Source of the DNA: Octopus bimaculoides
Taxonomy: Eukaryota
Direction of reading: 5' to 3'
Length of the DNA: 64,000 bases
Assembly (NCBI RefSeq): GCF_001194135.2
Contig: NC_068989.1
Location: 34,177,837 to 34,241,836 of the forward strand
Below the pieces are notes generated by a model. That model was given only the letters and a program-made list of their open reading frames with translations. It searched no databases and had not been told where the DNA came from. Positions 39,040-51,730 of the stretch are shown piece by piece (within the stretch, counting starts at the first letter, position 1; each line of letters opens with the position of its first letter). The position numbers and the translations under genes were made by a program.

Positions 39040-39897
39040 ACATTGTATGGCACTTTCTCACTAAGGAAGGCCTATGTTGCTTTTGACCCATGGCATGGTG
39101 CAGAATCTTCAATAAGCACCACATGCTCAAACTTCTACTCCATCCAAGGTAACAGAGAGTTCTTCAGGGTGTCCAGATACTCCTTTGTGCTGATCTTCAA
39201 GCCAGACTCAATGAAGTGTGGATCCATCATACTTCCATTACTTGTCTCAGCTCAAAAAAACCCATCACAGAGGCAGGATTCTTAGTCTCGGACATCAGAA
39301 GAGTTGTTTGTAATCACTCAAGAATTTCTGCAATTTACCTCATCGTCCACAGTGAACTTTTTCTCATCCACAAACATGAGAGTTTTTCCTGCACCTTGAC
39401 GATGAACGTCAGGGGCTTTGGGCATCTCTCGGCTCTGATTGCTTTGGTCTTGACTGTTAGGAGGTGATGATGTCATCAAACATAGCTAGCAATGCCAAAG
39501 TTCCTGTTCACAACTTTAGACACCATGGAAAGGGACACATTGCATTTCTTTGCAAGAGTTGTCAAGGATGTGGATGGGTTGGCTTCAATCAAGTGTTTAA
39601 GGCCAGCAAGAAACTTTGGATTGCACTTGGAATCACTTTGAGTCTTGTGTTCTTTTCTATCAAGCTTTCCTTCTTTAAATTGTTTATACACATGATAAAC
39701 TGTGGAAGATTTGTCAACTTAACAATTTTATTGGCATGTGCCTGGCGTGCACCAAAACAATAATGACTTTCTGTTGTTGAATTAGTTTGCTCTTTAGGAT
39801 TAGATATTCAAGCAAATAAGGTTTTGTCAAAAAATGAAATGTTAAACCCACTAAATCAACTCCTTAAAATTGGTCTCGATTCATCTGCAAGACCCTG
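39040..39897 (-). mobile_element. Tc1/mariner (maT-like) transposon fragment
   Basis: TA-CAGGGTCTTGCAG terminus at 39899-39885; HTH ORF 39476..39691 (IEANPSTSLTTLAKK); GLKISTKEYLDTL. Confidence 0.7.
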
Positions 39898-40649
39898 TAT
39901 TATTATCAAGTTAGCTGAACTAATTATATAATGAGACAGTGATATTGTGGATAATATTTCTCTTTCCTCAATTACTCCTTTGACATAAGTTTTAGATCCA
40001 TGACATAAATTAAAACATTCAGAAACATCTTCAAATACTAGAATACTAGAAATACAAAACCTTATCTCAAATGTAGAAAAGAAAGAGGAAAAAAAACTGG
40101 ATTTGTATCTTAAGATACAAAGGCTTTGCTGAGAAAACTTGAAGAAAATATAGAGTTTATTCCATGTGGTTAGCTGATAAACAAGGGACTTTACTTGGAT
40201 GCTGTGAGGATTTGAGAGACTATGTGAAGGAAGAGGTCTGTGGCATGAACAAACAAAATCTGGATTCTGCATCTCAACAAGGCATTTGCTTCTATGTTTC
40301 TCCATATCCACGACATTTTGGCAAAATATGAAACACTTCTCTTTACCAGCCACCCTACTTTCTGTATTTAGCCTGTAAGGGTTTTTCCTTGCTTCCAAAC
40401 TTGAAATCCACCCCAAAAATTCAACAATTTCAGATAATGAAAAAATTGCTATGAAAACACACTTAAAACACACTTAAAAACTGGAAAAAAAATTAACAGT
40501 AAAGGGAACAAGTTTGAAGGAGAAAATTTTGAGTAAATTGTAAGTAAAGTGTGGTATGAAGGGGTAAAATAGAAAAAAGAGAATTGAGGTTTTCTTACTT
40601 GTCGATTTGGGACGGGGAACGTTTTTTCACATCCCGCGTGGTTGTTTTC

Positions 40650-41520
40650 TTCTGTTAGTCATTCAGGAGGAATTTCAACCATGTTTTGTGGTCTGCTACC
40701 ACAACAGCTCCTTTATAGGATCCAGTTAGCTCAAGACATCATCAAGAGAAACCACATCTGGTTTCGGCCCCTACTCCTCTACAAGGCCTATGTGCTGTTC
40801 TTAAGAAATGTCTGGTATTCCATTGGTCACGAATTTCTTTCAATTAAGCTGAGTGAAACACTATACTGTTGTCCATCAACAACTCATCAACTGGCCCCCT
40901 CTCTAGGAATACCGCATTTAGGACCTCTACAGTTTCAGCCACAGCTTCCATCCTAATTTCCTTCCATATTGCCATCTTTCCCGGTCCACCATCAATCATT
41001 GAAAGGTATTGCCTTCCTTGATAGTGTGTCATATCTATTGCCAACTTCTTCCAATCTTCTCCAACCTGAATCCTTCCTGCCTTATACACACTTGGTGTGG
41101 GGTCTATAGACTGGCATCTGTTGCAGCACTGCAACACTTTCTAAACACTTTCCTTGGTAACATTAGGGTCCACCTTCCTGGCCAGGAACAGGGTCCAGTC
41201 TACACCCATATGGTTCATGCTGTGCAACCTCCTCAACTCTGAGCCCTCCAGGCAACATGCTGCAGCCACCACACTCTGTACATCCTGTACCACCACCAAC
41301 CAGGGATTTTCACCATGGTTAGCACATCTGCCTTATTCTTTTCTGAGGGCGCAAACACTACCTGTAGCTTCAAGCCAAACTCATTGCCAGCTCTCTGAGG
41401 ATTCGAAACGGCTGCTTCACTATCATTTCTGCGCCCCATTTTGTGCAGATTCTCCTTTGATTGCTGATCACTGATGCCATCCACTTACTGTGGCCAAGTC
41501 AGTTCCAATTTCCAACATGT
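40650..41520 (-). mobile_element. internally deleted Gypsy-type pol fragments (RNase H end and integrase core)
   Basis: LKLQVVFAPSEKNKADVLT; CNRCQSIDP...WKKLAIDMTHY...ERGPVDELLMDNS. Confidence 0.75.
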
Positions 41521-41544
41521 GCAGCCCCGGTCTCAGCGCCAAGT

Positions 41545-42044
41545 TCACACCATTTTCACTGTTGATCCGTATTGAAATAATTTACGAACATTGAACTGTT
41601 GGAACCTGGGTGAATTACTTGCTGAGCTGTGTATGTAGAGAGATGATGTTGAGGACATGATAGTGGCGATGAAGAAGGTTGCTGTAATGTTGTTGGACGA
41701 AGTTGGTAAGTCTCAACATGGCTACTGTGGTGGTGTTGTCTGACATTGTCGCTGGAACTGGCTGTGTCTTTGTGGTCAGTGGTTTAGACCTTAAGAGGTC
41801 TGGAACCAAAGATCCCGGAATGAAGAAAAGCTGAGTTTTTATAAGGAGCTGTAGGCTCAAACAGTGTGGTAAACAGACTGTCCCACATGATCCTATTTAG
41901 AGACTCTGACTGGTTATACATGGTAAGTTGGTGCAATCGAGTAAGAGACAAATTGTGCCAATACCAACCAATCAGAGTAGTGGACACAATGGGATCCAAA
42001 TAGTGGCCAAAGGCTAGCTCTTCCTTGCTATGTTTGAATGCACA
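41545..42044 (-). mobile_element. LTR-like repeat with Pol II promoter (uninterrupted copy)
   Basis: starts TGTG at 42044; CCAAT-like boxes, CATGTG, TATAAAA at 41843, TCATTCC Inr; followed by PBS-like TGGCGCTGAGACCGGGG (41541-41525). Confidence 0.6.
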
Positions 42045-42169
42045 TATATATAATAAATGAGAGGAATTTCACTAGAGTCTATGCTACACTAGTATATGTG
42101 TAGCCTCTTTTAATTTTTGTATTTTCTAGTGGTGTTCTCTGTCAATTATTTTAATTTCATCTCACTGCC

Positions 42170-42580
42170 ATTTTTCTATACATGATTGGCTATACCTGAT
42201 TTTTCAACATCCTCTTGTGTCACAGCTTTATGATGTTCCTCTACCCTTACTTTAAGGGGGCAGTATGTTTCATCTTTGTATAGCCTACCACAACTGCACG
42301 GGATAGATTACATGCAGGTTTTGGTCATATTCTCTTTTATAGGTGGTTTTACTTGGAGAAGATATTTGCGAAGTGTTGTATTGCTCTTGAATACTGTCCT
42401 GATGTCATATGGGCTGCATATCTTTTGTATCTTTTCCAAGAGGCCTTTAACATAGGGTAGACAGACTGTGCTCAATTTATGGGTTTCATCCTCTCTCCTC
42501 TTCCTAGTTGGAGTGGATAGTATGTTCTTTGGGTAGTTGTTGCATAGCAGATTGTTTCTTAGCCTGATCATTTCTTCCTG
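42170..42580 (-). mobile_element. Penelope-like element fragment (RT C-terminus and GIY-YIG endonuclease)
   Basis: LPYVKGLLEKIQKI...VFKSNTTLRKYL, then IPCSCGRLYKDETYCPLKVRVEEH. Confidence 0.85.
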
Positions 42581-42789
42581 CTGTGTATCAGCATCACTAC
42601 TTATAGTCTTTGCTTGATGTTTTACTTGAATGTATTAAAAACTACCTACTTCAGAGAACTGATATATATCAACAGGATTAGGGTTTAGCTATGGGTTGAC
42701 TACTATCACCAGTAATAGCCAATATATACATGGAATACTTTGAGAATTTGGCTTTAGGATCAACATCACTAAAGCCAACCTTATTCTTA

Positions 42790-43030
42790 TTCTTGCAGCT
42801 ATGCACTCAGAGCATCCACAGCCACTATTAGCTTGTCCCCCTGGCATTTGATGAAGTCTATTTTCTGTGCATTTTTAGTGTTTATTGTACCTATGCACCT
42901 TTCACATACAAAAATTATTTTCCCAGTTAACCTTCCTCTAATATTGCTGCACCTCTTATGTGTACATAGCCTGCACAAGGTACATCTTATGGAATTTCTA
43001 CATAAGCCTTTCCTACAAATCAAGCCATGC
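42790..43030 (-). mobile_element. RTE fragment containing the Cys/His cluster
   Basis: LICRKGLCRNSIRCTLCRLCTHKRC...FVCERC. Confidence 0.85.
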
Positions 43031-43257
43031 CATTGTAGGAAGAGAGGTTGGCACTGGATGGGTGCCACACAATTCCTTACATAAACATGGAAGAAAATAG
43101 CGTAACAAGAATATCCGAACAAATAACAATATTTATTTTCCGTCTGTACAAACGTTACATCTTGGGACAATCAGTAGCCAGGTCGCCTTGGTGTGGAAGC
43201 AGCAGAGTTGATTTAATCACAATTGTGAAGGCATTCTTCACAGGTTAGCCAACATCA

Positions 43258-43560
43258 TGTGGCGTCTTCAGAATTCCAGCTACATGAAGCTGGCACTGGG
43301 TTACCATTTAGTAAACGTCCATGCAAACGTCGGACTGCACGTTGGAATCACGTTGGGTATGACTGCGTGATCACGTCAGAGTCATTGGTTTGTAAGGACT
43401 GCGCGATCAGGAGAGGATGACGAGGAATGGCTCCTTTAGCACATCGCACGGTTGATACAAATAAAAAATACGAAAAGAGGATAAATGAGTATAAGTGCCA
43501 GAAGGAAAAGAGAGACACAACCGTTAGAAGGTTTAAGAGAAGGTTTTATTGATATGTCAA
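43258..43560 (+). mobile_element. possible CpG-rich solo LTR of another family
   Basis: starts TGTGGCG; unusually CpG-rich; ATTGG, AATAAA and TATAA present; no partner LTR found. Confidence 0.3.
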
Positions 43561-43699
43561 CATGTGTGTCTGTGTGTGTGACATATAAACATAATAGACG
43601 GGTCGTCATGTAAACAAAGTGTATGTGTATACAAACATAGATGTATGTGTGTGCAAGAAATACAGAGCCTAGAAAAGAGTCTATAAGGATGTTAGGAGA

Positions 43700-44104
43700 A
43701 AGTCCAGGCACAAGGATGATAAATACCAGTTCATAGTCAAGGTACACAGTAGTTGAAGTGCTGTATCAAGATGTTGTGGCGGCAATGCAGAGCCACATGT
43801 CGTGTAAGAAGTTGAGGCTTCAATGCTGTGGCCGGTTACTTGGTACAGGAATTCTCGCAGGTTGTATCCGCTGTTAACCATGATGAAGCAACTCACAGTG
43901 TGGAGAAGAGCTGTGCAAGCGTTGCTGGTTGGTGTGTACATAGAGGAGTTGATGTAGATGCTAAGAAGCTGGTGGTGGCGACGATGATGGAGTGTCCTGA
44001 ATGCTGTTGAATGAAGTGTTGGTGTTCTCCATGAGGCTGCTGTTGTCGTCGCTGGAACTGGCTGTGTGCTCTGTGGTCAGCGACTAGACCTCAGAAGGTC
44101 TGGA
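43700..44104 (-). mobile_element. downstream half of the LTR-like repeat (copy split by the Tx1-like LINE)
   Basis: 44048-44104 aligns to 41748-41804; weaker similarity continues to about 43940 / 41630. Confidence 0.65.
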
Positions 44105-44289
44105 GCTGGACTGAATTTCTTTATTCTCCTAATACAAGGATACATAGAGGGGACAAACAAGGACAGACAAGAACATATATATGGGTCAGTCAAGCTTTTA
44201 CGAATGATTCAGTACGAATGGGTTTATACAATGTAGATGATATGATATAATCTAATATGATATAATATATGTTAAAAATTTAAATGTCT

Positions 44290-47200
44290 CTTTCGGGTTT
44301 TGGGTTAGTGCATTAACCCACTGGTTGATTTCCTCTTGGTAACTCTGCTCCTCTATGCCCGGACCGGCTGTGTTAGCACGGCTCCTTGCATACACATCTT
44401 TCTTATGATTTCCTTCCAGCTTTTCGTGAACACTCTTTGCGGCAGGCTCTTCCTCTCCAGACGGATCTTGAAAGCAAGATGGGCGGTGAAGTAATTCACT
44501 AGCACTCGTCCGGAAATGAACTGTCCTGTCGCAATCCCTTTCATCCTTATCTTCCATACCGTTTCTTTCAATATGGTTATTACACAGAGAAATACCGCCT
44601 TCTTTTCTTTGGTGAAAGAGGAAGGTGGTACAATCTTTATCATGGACTCAGTCAAGAGCCATACTCCTTCCATATCCGACATCAGCTATTTGGCATAGGG
44701 TATCAACTCCCTCAGCTCCTCACAGTGTACAAAGGCATGTGAACCCGTTTCACTGGCATGCCCGCACGTCGGATATGTGGGGGAGGTGTCATAATCACGC
44801 CTTGATAACCTTTCCCGAACTGGTAAGGCTGATTGGTTGCACAGCCAGGTCAAGGATTTCTGGTAGTTATCCAGAAATCTCGACCCGAAGGTCCTCCCAA
44901 ACAGGCTGGCTAGCTGCCTCTTATCGAAGCCCAGAGTCTCCCCCAGGACATCGTCAGACTTATGCTCTACCAACCCACTATAAATATCCGCTGTGGTAAC
45001 TCTGCTGTCAGCATCGCTCACCCGGGAGAAGAGGGAAAGTGCTTATTTGCACTCCACCTGCCATTCCCCCATCTTGGATCTCTGCCTGATCCATGCTCCT
45101 AAGTCCACAAGGGACTCACACNNNNNNNNNNNNNNNNNNNNNNNNNNNNNNNNNNNNNNNNNNNNNNNNNNNNNNNNNNNNNNNNNNNNNNNNNNNNNNN
45201 NNNNNNNNNNNNNNNNNNNNNNNNNNNNNNNNNNNNNNNNNNNNNNNNNNNNNNNNNNNNNNNNNNNNNNNNNNNNNNNNNNNNNNNNNNNNNNNNNNNN
45301 NNNNNNNNNNNNNNNNNNNNNNNNNNNNNNNNNNNNNNNNNNNNNNNNNNNNNNNNNNNNNNNNNNNNNNNNNNNNNNNNNNNNNNNNNNNNNNNNNNNN
45401 NNNNNNNNNNNNNNNNNNNNNNNNNNNNNNNNNNNNNNNNNNNNNNNNNNNNNNNGGTTATCACCGATGCTATGAACATCTGCCCTTCCCAACAAGGATA
45501 ACCTCCTCCCAGACCACTTCTGGGTTATGGCTGTCACCTTGCTCGCCACCTCACTCCAGTTCTTCTCCACCTGGAGGTCCGGTTCAAACCAGACCCCGAG
45601 CATTTTAACTGGGCCCTCCATCCAGTGCCCGACGACACTGTTGGGAGGCATCGACTTTCCCCACCAGGTGCCGAGTTGCAAGCCGACTGATTTTTCCTGG
45701 TTAATTTTAGCTCCTGTCACCGTCTCGTATCCTTTCATGGCGTCTTCTATTCGAGGTAGATGCCCTTCATCAGACACAGTGATGGTGACGTCATCCGCAA
45801 AGATCATGCAGGTCCACCCCTGTGTCCCTCAATCTCTGCAGTAATGGCTCGAGCACCAACACATACAGAACCGGGGACAGGGGGCAGCCCTGGCGAACCG
45901 AACACTCGATCGTGAATGGGTTTGAGAAGAACCCATTCACCTGGACTATTGATTCGATATTGCCGTACATGACTTTAATCCAGCCTCGGAAGGTTGGGCC
46001 AAATCTGGCCACCCAGAGGACTGCCGCCAGGTATCCATGGTCAACCCTATTGAATGCCTTAGACTGGTCTAAATTCACCAGTGCCCCACCGTTGCCATGC
46101 ATTTTACCCACCCGCTCTATGGTGTAGCAAATGAGGTGACGGTTGTCCTGTATCGTCCTTCCTGGGATGGCACATGTCTGTGCTTCCCCCACCAGGTCAC
46201 CCATGACAACCCTAACTCTCTTCGCAAGCACCTTGGCCAAAATCTTTAACTCTGTGTTTAGCAGAGTTATGGGCCTAAAATTATTAACTTTGTCCCCTTT
46301 GCTCAGGTCCTTCCTGATCAGTGTCACCACTCCTCGGCTCACAGCTTTGGGAATCCTCCCATTCTGCTGCCAATTCGTGTACACACTGGCCAGTATGTCC
46401 CCGAACAAGTCTGGCATGCTACTATAAAATTCGTAGGGAAGACCATCCAGACCCGGTGACTTGTCTCTGGGGCACTTGGACAGTACCTCTCTGATCTCCT
46501 TGGCTGTGATTGGTCCTTCACAGCTCTCAGCATCACGGGCCGAAAGACACAGGCCGCCGGCCAGAAAAATGCTGTAAGGTGTTCCCATGGTCCAACGTTC
46601 TGTCCCTCCTGAACAACGCGGCAAAGTGCTTGTAAAAGGCCTTACATATCTCCTCTTGTCCTTGGATCTCCTGTCCAGACTCATCTGCCAAAGACCCAAT
46701 TGTAGCATAGATGCCACAATGGGTTTCTTCCGAGCGAGCCCATCTAGCAACATTGATACCTTCATGGCCCATTGCACGTGTCCTAGCCCGGACTCTGCAT
46801 CCTTTGTGTTTGGCATTGAGATGTCAGTCCACTGCCAACACTTGTGACACAGAACCCGTTCTCAGTGCCTCTTCTAATACCTTAGCTAATTCCCTTTCTA
46901 GTTTGCTAAATCTAATTGACTCAATTCGAAGGGCTCTTTTGAGGGCACTCAACCACCAGTTGTTGATCACAGCACCGGTAAGTGCCCTCTTCACTAAAAC
47001 CTTAATCTGGCTACGGTAAGCTTCGCAATCCAATAAAGTCTTGTTCAGCTTCCCTGTTTATGCATCTTATCTATATTCACCCTACACATCACTAACTTGT
47101 GATATGTGTAGGGTACATAGGTAAACTGTGGACAACTAAATCTATGCTTGTCTCTAGTACTTACGACTATCCTGTCTATATAAGACCTGACTGATCCGTT

Positions 47201-47769
47201 GTTTCTTGCCCAGGTCCACACTGGAATATTCGGGTGATCAAGTCTATATCGACCTGCCAGCCTGAAGCGTTTCAGCAGATTGGTGAGGCATGAGTTCCCC
47301 TTTCTATCCTTCGAGCCCATGCTATCCAGGTGTGCATCCAGTATAGCGTTAAAGTCACCTAGTACAACTACTGTCCTCGATGTCACCAGGAAATTCTCCA
47401 GGTGTTGAAAAAAGTCAACCAGTTTGCCTGCATTACCAGGTGCGTAGATGCCCACCATCCTGAAGGCCTTACCACTGTATGTCAGATCCAGAACGACCAA
47501 CTCACTTTCTGGGTCCATGAAAATTGTACGTATCTGCATGACCAAGCTTTTTCGGATCAAGACAGCCACCCCTCTGCTCCCTCCCTCCCGGCTAGGAGAA
47601 ATTATTTTCTCGTAGTCTTTCAGGAGGGCCGAGAAGGCCTGCAGCTTGTCCAGCCGGTCTCTGTAATAACCATCACATCTATACAATGTGACCTGAGGTC
47701 GTCGAGGAGGCACGCCTGCATCCTCTTCGAGTTCAGGCCACACACATTCAAACATGCAATGTTTAACAT
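44290..47769 (-). pseudogene. Tx1-like ORF2 (APE endonuclease and RT), frameshifted
   Basis: LNVCGLN, ITET, GIYAP, LGDFN, SYIDR; KSPGLDGLPYEFY, FRPITLLN, LDQSKAFNRV, VRQGCPLSP, FADDVT. Confidence 0.9.
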
Positions 47770-47810
47770 GGCATTCCAAGTCATAGAAGAAAGGAAAGTC
47801 ACTTACCATT

Positions 47811-49260
47811 TTATCTTCCCAGGGGAATGGTTCTCAAGACATTTGAGACCATTCCCCTACTTTCATCCTTTTCATTCAGAAAGGATTCAACCAGCAGATC
47901 GAATGCTTTTTTTAGGTTCTTAAAGATACAAATGTCTTTAAGGTGGAGTTTAGATACATCATAGTAAAGTGTTCTAACAACTTTTGCTATGATTATCGGG
48001 CTCTGTTTATAGTCGTTTCTATATACAGATGAATCTAGATGGGGTCTATTGACCCCATCTAGATAGATGTTTTTGGATTTGTAAGCAACCGTTACTAAAT
48101 CTTTTGTTTTAGGAATACTTATAGGTATGTCTATGAACGACATTTTCTTTTCCTTCTTTTTCTTTTCTATTTTCCCAGGCTTTGGGACCTTGCTCTTCGG
48201 GACATGTTCCTTATTCGTTTTCTTGGGTCTTTTCCTCAAACATACTTTATAGCCACCTGTGGGCTCTTGTGTTTCTTCCTCGCTGTCTGTGATAAATTCA
48301 TACAAGGCGGTCACTCTTGGCTGGATGAACTCCTGGTAACAGCCTCCATGGCTGGGAGTTCGCCCTCTTTGGTAGGTGCATTCTTGGTTATGGCCTCCGT
48401 GGCCGGGAGTATACCTTCTTTGGTTCCTGCAGGGGTCGCGGGTGCAACCTCTTTTACTTTTAGTTTTTCCTTTAGTTTCTTGGTTGTCGATGTTCCCTCC
48501 TGGCGGTCATCTTCCTTGGAGGTGGGGTAGAGGTAGACTGGTCTACTTTTTTGTTGTCCGGACATTTTTCTTTTATGTGGCCTTTCTTACCGCACTTAAA
48601 ACAGTGTGGCCTTCTGCCTTCCACGTGTATAGGAATGCTTATGTCCTCCATAACTATTGTTTCAGGCAATTCTTCTAAATCATTAGTCGTGGTTTGTGCC
48701 AGGATCTCAAGGGTCTGGCCCTGCCAATTTTGAGGTCCATCTCTTGTAATCTGTATGATTTTAATTTTATCTTCCCTTTTGAATAGCAGGGTAGCCACAA
48801 TCCAGCCTACCTCTACTTCTGGAGGGATATTTTTAATCTTTATCTGGGACGTCCTATGTCCCAGATATAAAGAAAGTAGAAGAATTTTGCCACTCTGCAA
48901 GGTTCGAGTCGAATACTCCTTCACCCGCTCTGTTGACTCGAACCATGCTTCTATCATGGCGAATTTCGTGCCTCTCATTAAATATTTAATTTCACGCATA
49001 GTGGCGCCAAGACACTTCTCTATAGAGCTTTCCTCTAAGTGTTCAAATCTCTTGGATTCCATGTTGTAACTTTTGTATACTATAGTTTTTTAATTAATCT
49101 TATTTTGTAATTCACTTGTTGGCGTAATTTTTGACTCACTGTCCTTTTCAGAGATCATGCCCAAAAAAGCTTGAATCTCTTCAACTTCTAAATTAATTTG
49201 TTCCTGGCCGCCGACAGCCACCGCAAAATTCAGTGTTGACCTTTCTTCCATAAAAGCCAT
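47811..49260 (-). pseudogene. Tx1-like ORF1 with CCHC knuckle
   Basis: ATG at 49260, in-frame stop at 49092-49090, RPHCFKCGKKGHIKEKCP, Lys-rich tail across frameshifts. Confidence 0.8.
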
Positions 49261-49496
49261 TTTCACAATTTTTTAAACAATTCTGTATAACGGAGCACAA
49301 AAAATAACAATTTTCCAAAAAACGGAAAAACAGTTCAACAATTCACAAAGAATTCCTTCACCCAAAGGGAGAGGGTCACAGTTCACAAAATGTTATAACA
49401 ATAATATAACAATGCTTCTCTTACAGGAAACCAACAAGCCCAAATATAACAATGACAGCAATATTTTAACACAACAACCGACCTTACGGTGAAAGC

Positions 49497-49729
49497 AATC
49501 AAGAATCGAATCCAAGAAAAGTCTGGCTATTTATAAGATACTATTGGCTCAAAGTAGAGTTCAGAAAGACTGTCCCACGTGATCTTATCTGAAGGTTGTG
49601 ATTGGTTGGGTTTCACCCTGACGCGAAATAGAACAGGAGACTAAACGCACCAATACCAACCAATCAGAGTGGTGGACACAACAGGGTCCAAAAGAGCAGC
49701 CGAAAGCTAGCTGGTTTCTGTGCCCCACA
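49497..49729 (-). promoter_or_regulatory. upstream half of the LTR-like repeat: CCAAT boxes, CACGTG and TATAAATA directly 5' of the LINE
   Basis: aligns to 41805-42044; starts TGTG at 49729. Confidence 0.7.
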
Positions 49730-50818
49730 TGATCAGTAGGTAACAATTTTTCATATTCATAAGATATTACTTATGATTACTCATAATGATTATGAATCTG
49801 AAATCTTTTCCTCTGCTCCATTTCGATGTGGGTGCTTCTATATGTATTACATTTATGTCTCCGCTAGCCAGATTTACTGAAAGTCCTAAACTAATCAGAC
49901 TGAGTAGCTGGTGGCCTGGTTAAACTCTCTTACCTTAATATCACTGGTGGCATAATTTAAGTGTTCCTAAAATATGTTAATACATTTGAAGACAGCTTCA
50001 ATTTACATTCGACCCAGGTAAATCAAAAAAATATCAGCCGGCAAAAGAAGTATTAAGTTTCAGTGAGAAAGACTCTACGTGGTCGATCGATTTTTAGAAA
50101 TAGCAGTCAAATCCTTCCTCATTTCACATCTTAATATCATAAAAAAACACATTCGACAGAATAGTCCTAGATTAAAAAGAAAAAAGTGGTCACAGTTGGA
50201 ATGCTTTAATCATAGCTCTGCTCGTTGGATTAAACAAGCTATGATACTCTATTATACAGTTATATATTTCTAAATGGAACGGTGGATGAAAACATAAAAT
50301 CAGCTTTATTTGCTGCATTGTTCCTTGATACGAATCTGTGGCTAAAGGGGTTAGAGGCTGCATGATTGTTGATGTCAAATAAGCTTGAAAACCCGTTTTG
50401 CAACGAGATCGCTAATAGTTTGGTAAAAAGACACAACACACCGATTCACTGTTTATATCTGAAAACAGTAAGTTGACATAGCTTCGTTTTAAGACAGTGA
50501 TATTGTAAGTAAAAGAATTAAGTTTCACTTCGAGCAACATTTATTTAACGGAAAAAAAAACATGATTTACAAAATTAGTAAAATATAGTGAAAAAGAAAA
50601 TTAGAGTAAATATAAAGACAATCTTTAAAATATGTATATTTATATATTTTTTATAAATATATTTATATTTAGATATAAATAACTATAAACAAAATAAAGA
50701 GGCAGGCAGACTCCCTCAATTACTCATTGCACCAAGAGACACTGGGCATATGACTACAGTTTGGTGCCCTGTTCCCGACTTTATTTCTTAATTTGGTTAA
50801 TGTTTACAACTTGACTCG

Positions 50819-51060
50819 GATCTTGTGAATTTTCCGAAGTCCTCTCCCCACCCCTTGGAAAATCCTAATGTATGCTGTTTGAAAGGTATTTCTATAAAAT
50901 TTCATTGAAAAAAACACCATTTTTCTAAAAGCTATGAGGGAAAAACTCTGATCTTGCGAATTTTCCGAGGTCCTCTCCCCACGCTCCCGTTGCTTTGCGC
51001 GCATTTCTTTTTTTTTTCATATTCGTTTCCTACACATTTTTTTACACCCATTGCACTATG
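50819..51060 (+). promoter_or_regulatory. conserved non-coding cassette copy 2; candidate first exon and donor of the third ZNF
   Basis: two GATCTTGYGAATTTTCCGA.GTCCTCTCCCCAC motifs flank TTTGAAAG|GTATTT (donor at 50886); about 3 kb upstream of the ORF. Confidence 0.55.
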
Positions 51061-51454
51061 TTTTTCTGATTTTTTGTTTGCGGGTCAATAAAACTTTGCA
51101 GGAATACATTTGGAAGATGTAGATTACGATTATGATAGTGAAACTTTTTAAAATTGAATTTTCTTTTATCCCAGAAATTCATATCTTTTTTAACCTGCAA
51201 TAACGTGTTTGTTAACGTAAATGTGGAGAATTACGACGTAATTTAAAAAAAGAAGGTGGGGGATGTATGAAAACATCAGAGGTTACGTGAACTACTGACG
51301 AAACGAAAATGTAATATTGTTTACTTTCATTTTAGAAACGTATGTTACGAAAAAAAATTAGGTAACTTAAAAGTATTTAATGGGAAAAAAATTATCGTGA
51401 GATTTAATGAAGTATAAGAGTGTGCAGAAAAACTGACACTGTCAAGTACAACAA

Positions 51455-51730
51455 GTGTTCCTGTCGATCCGATCAACAGAACAGCCTACTCGTGAAATTA
51501 ACGTGCAGGTAGCTGAGCACTCCACAGACACGCGTACCCATAACGTAGTTTTTAGGGAGATTGAGCGTGACATCGAATGTGACTAGGCTGACCCTTTGAA
51601 ATACAGGTATTACTCATTATTGCCAGCTGACTAGACTGGAGTAAAGTGAAATAATGCACCGCCGGTAATTGAACTTACGACCTTACGGTTTTGTGCCGAA
51701 TGCCCTAACCACTACGCTACGTGCCTTCAC
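51455..51730 (-). mobile_element. tRNA-derived SINE
   Basis: minus strand head GGCACGTAGCGTAGTGGTTAGGG...AGTTCAATTACC (A and B boxes), not a complete cloverleaf. Confidence 0.8.

Larger units (their letters stand above)
44111..49497 (-). mobile_element. near full-length L1/Tx1-clade LINE (ORF1 and ORF2, disabled)
   Basis: 5' UTR, ORF1, APE, RT, C-terminal CPTCGHASETGSHAFVHC-type motif, 3' UTR with AATAAA near 44120. Confidence 0.9.

Noticed and set aside
41396-41420. CTGAGGA TTC GAAAC GGCT GC
   Set aside because: No stem II, U16.1 absent; lies in Gypsy pol debris
47811-48314. 167-aa ORF as an independent gene or third LINE ORF
   Set aside because: Most simply the frameshifted C-terminal part of ORF1; cannot be separated without a consensus
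43254-49733. 9-bp terminal inverted repeat ATCATGTGG / CCACATGAT defining one 6.5-kb transposon
   Set aside because: No TSD or transposase; better explained as TG..CA ends of two different LTR-like pieces
51295-51355. CTGACGA...AAAATG/CATTTT...GAAAC GTAT GTT as a plus-strand hammerhead
   Set aside because: Stem II does not stack on the core and stem I does not pair
51655-51730. tRNA gene (also 19880-19960 and 58850-58910)
   Set aside because: A/B boxes without a full cloverleaf, continuing into SINE bodies
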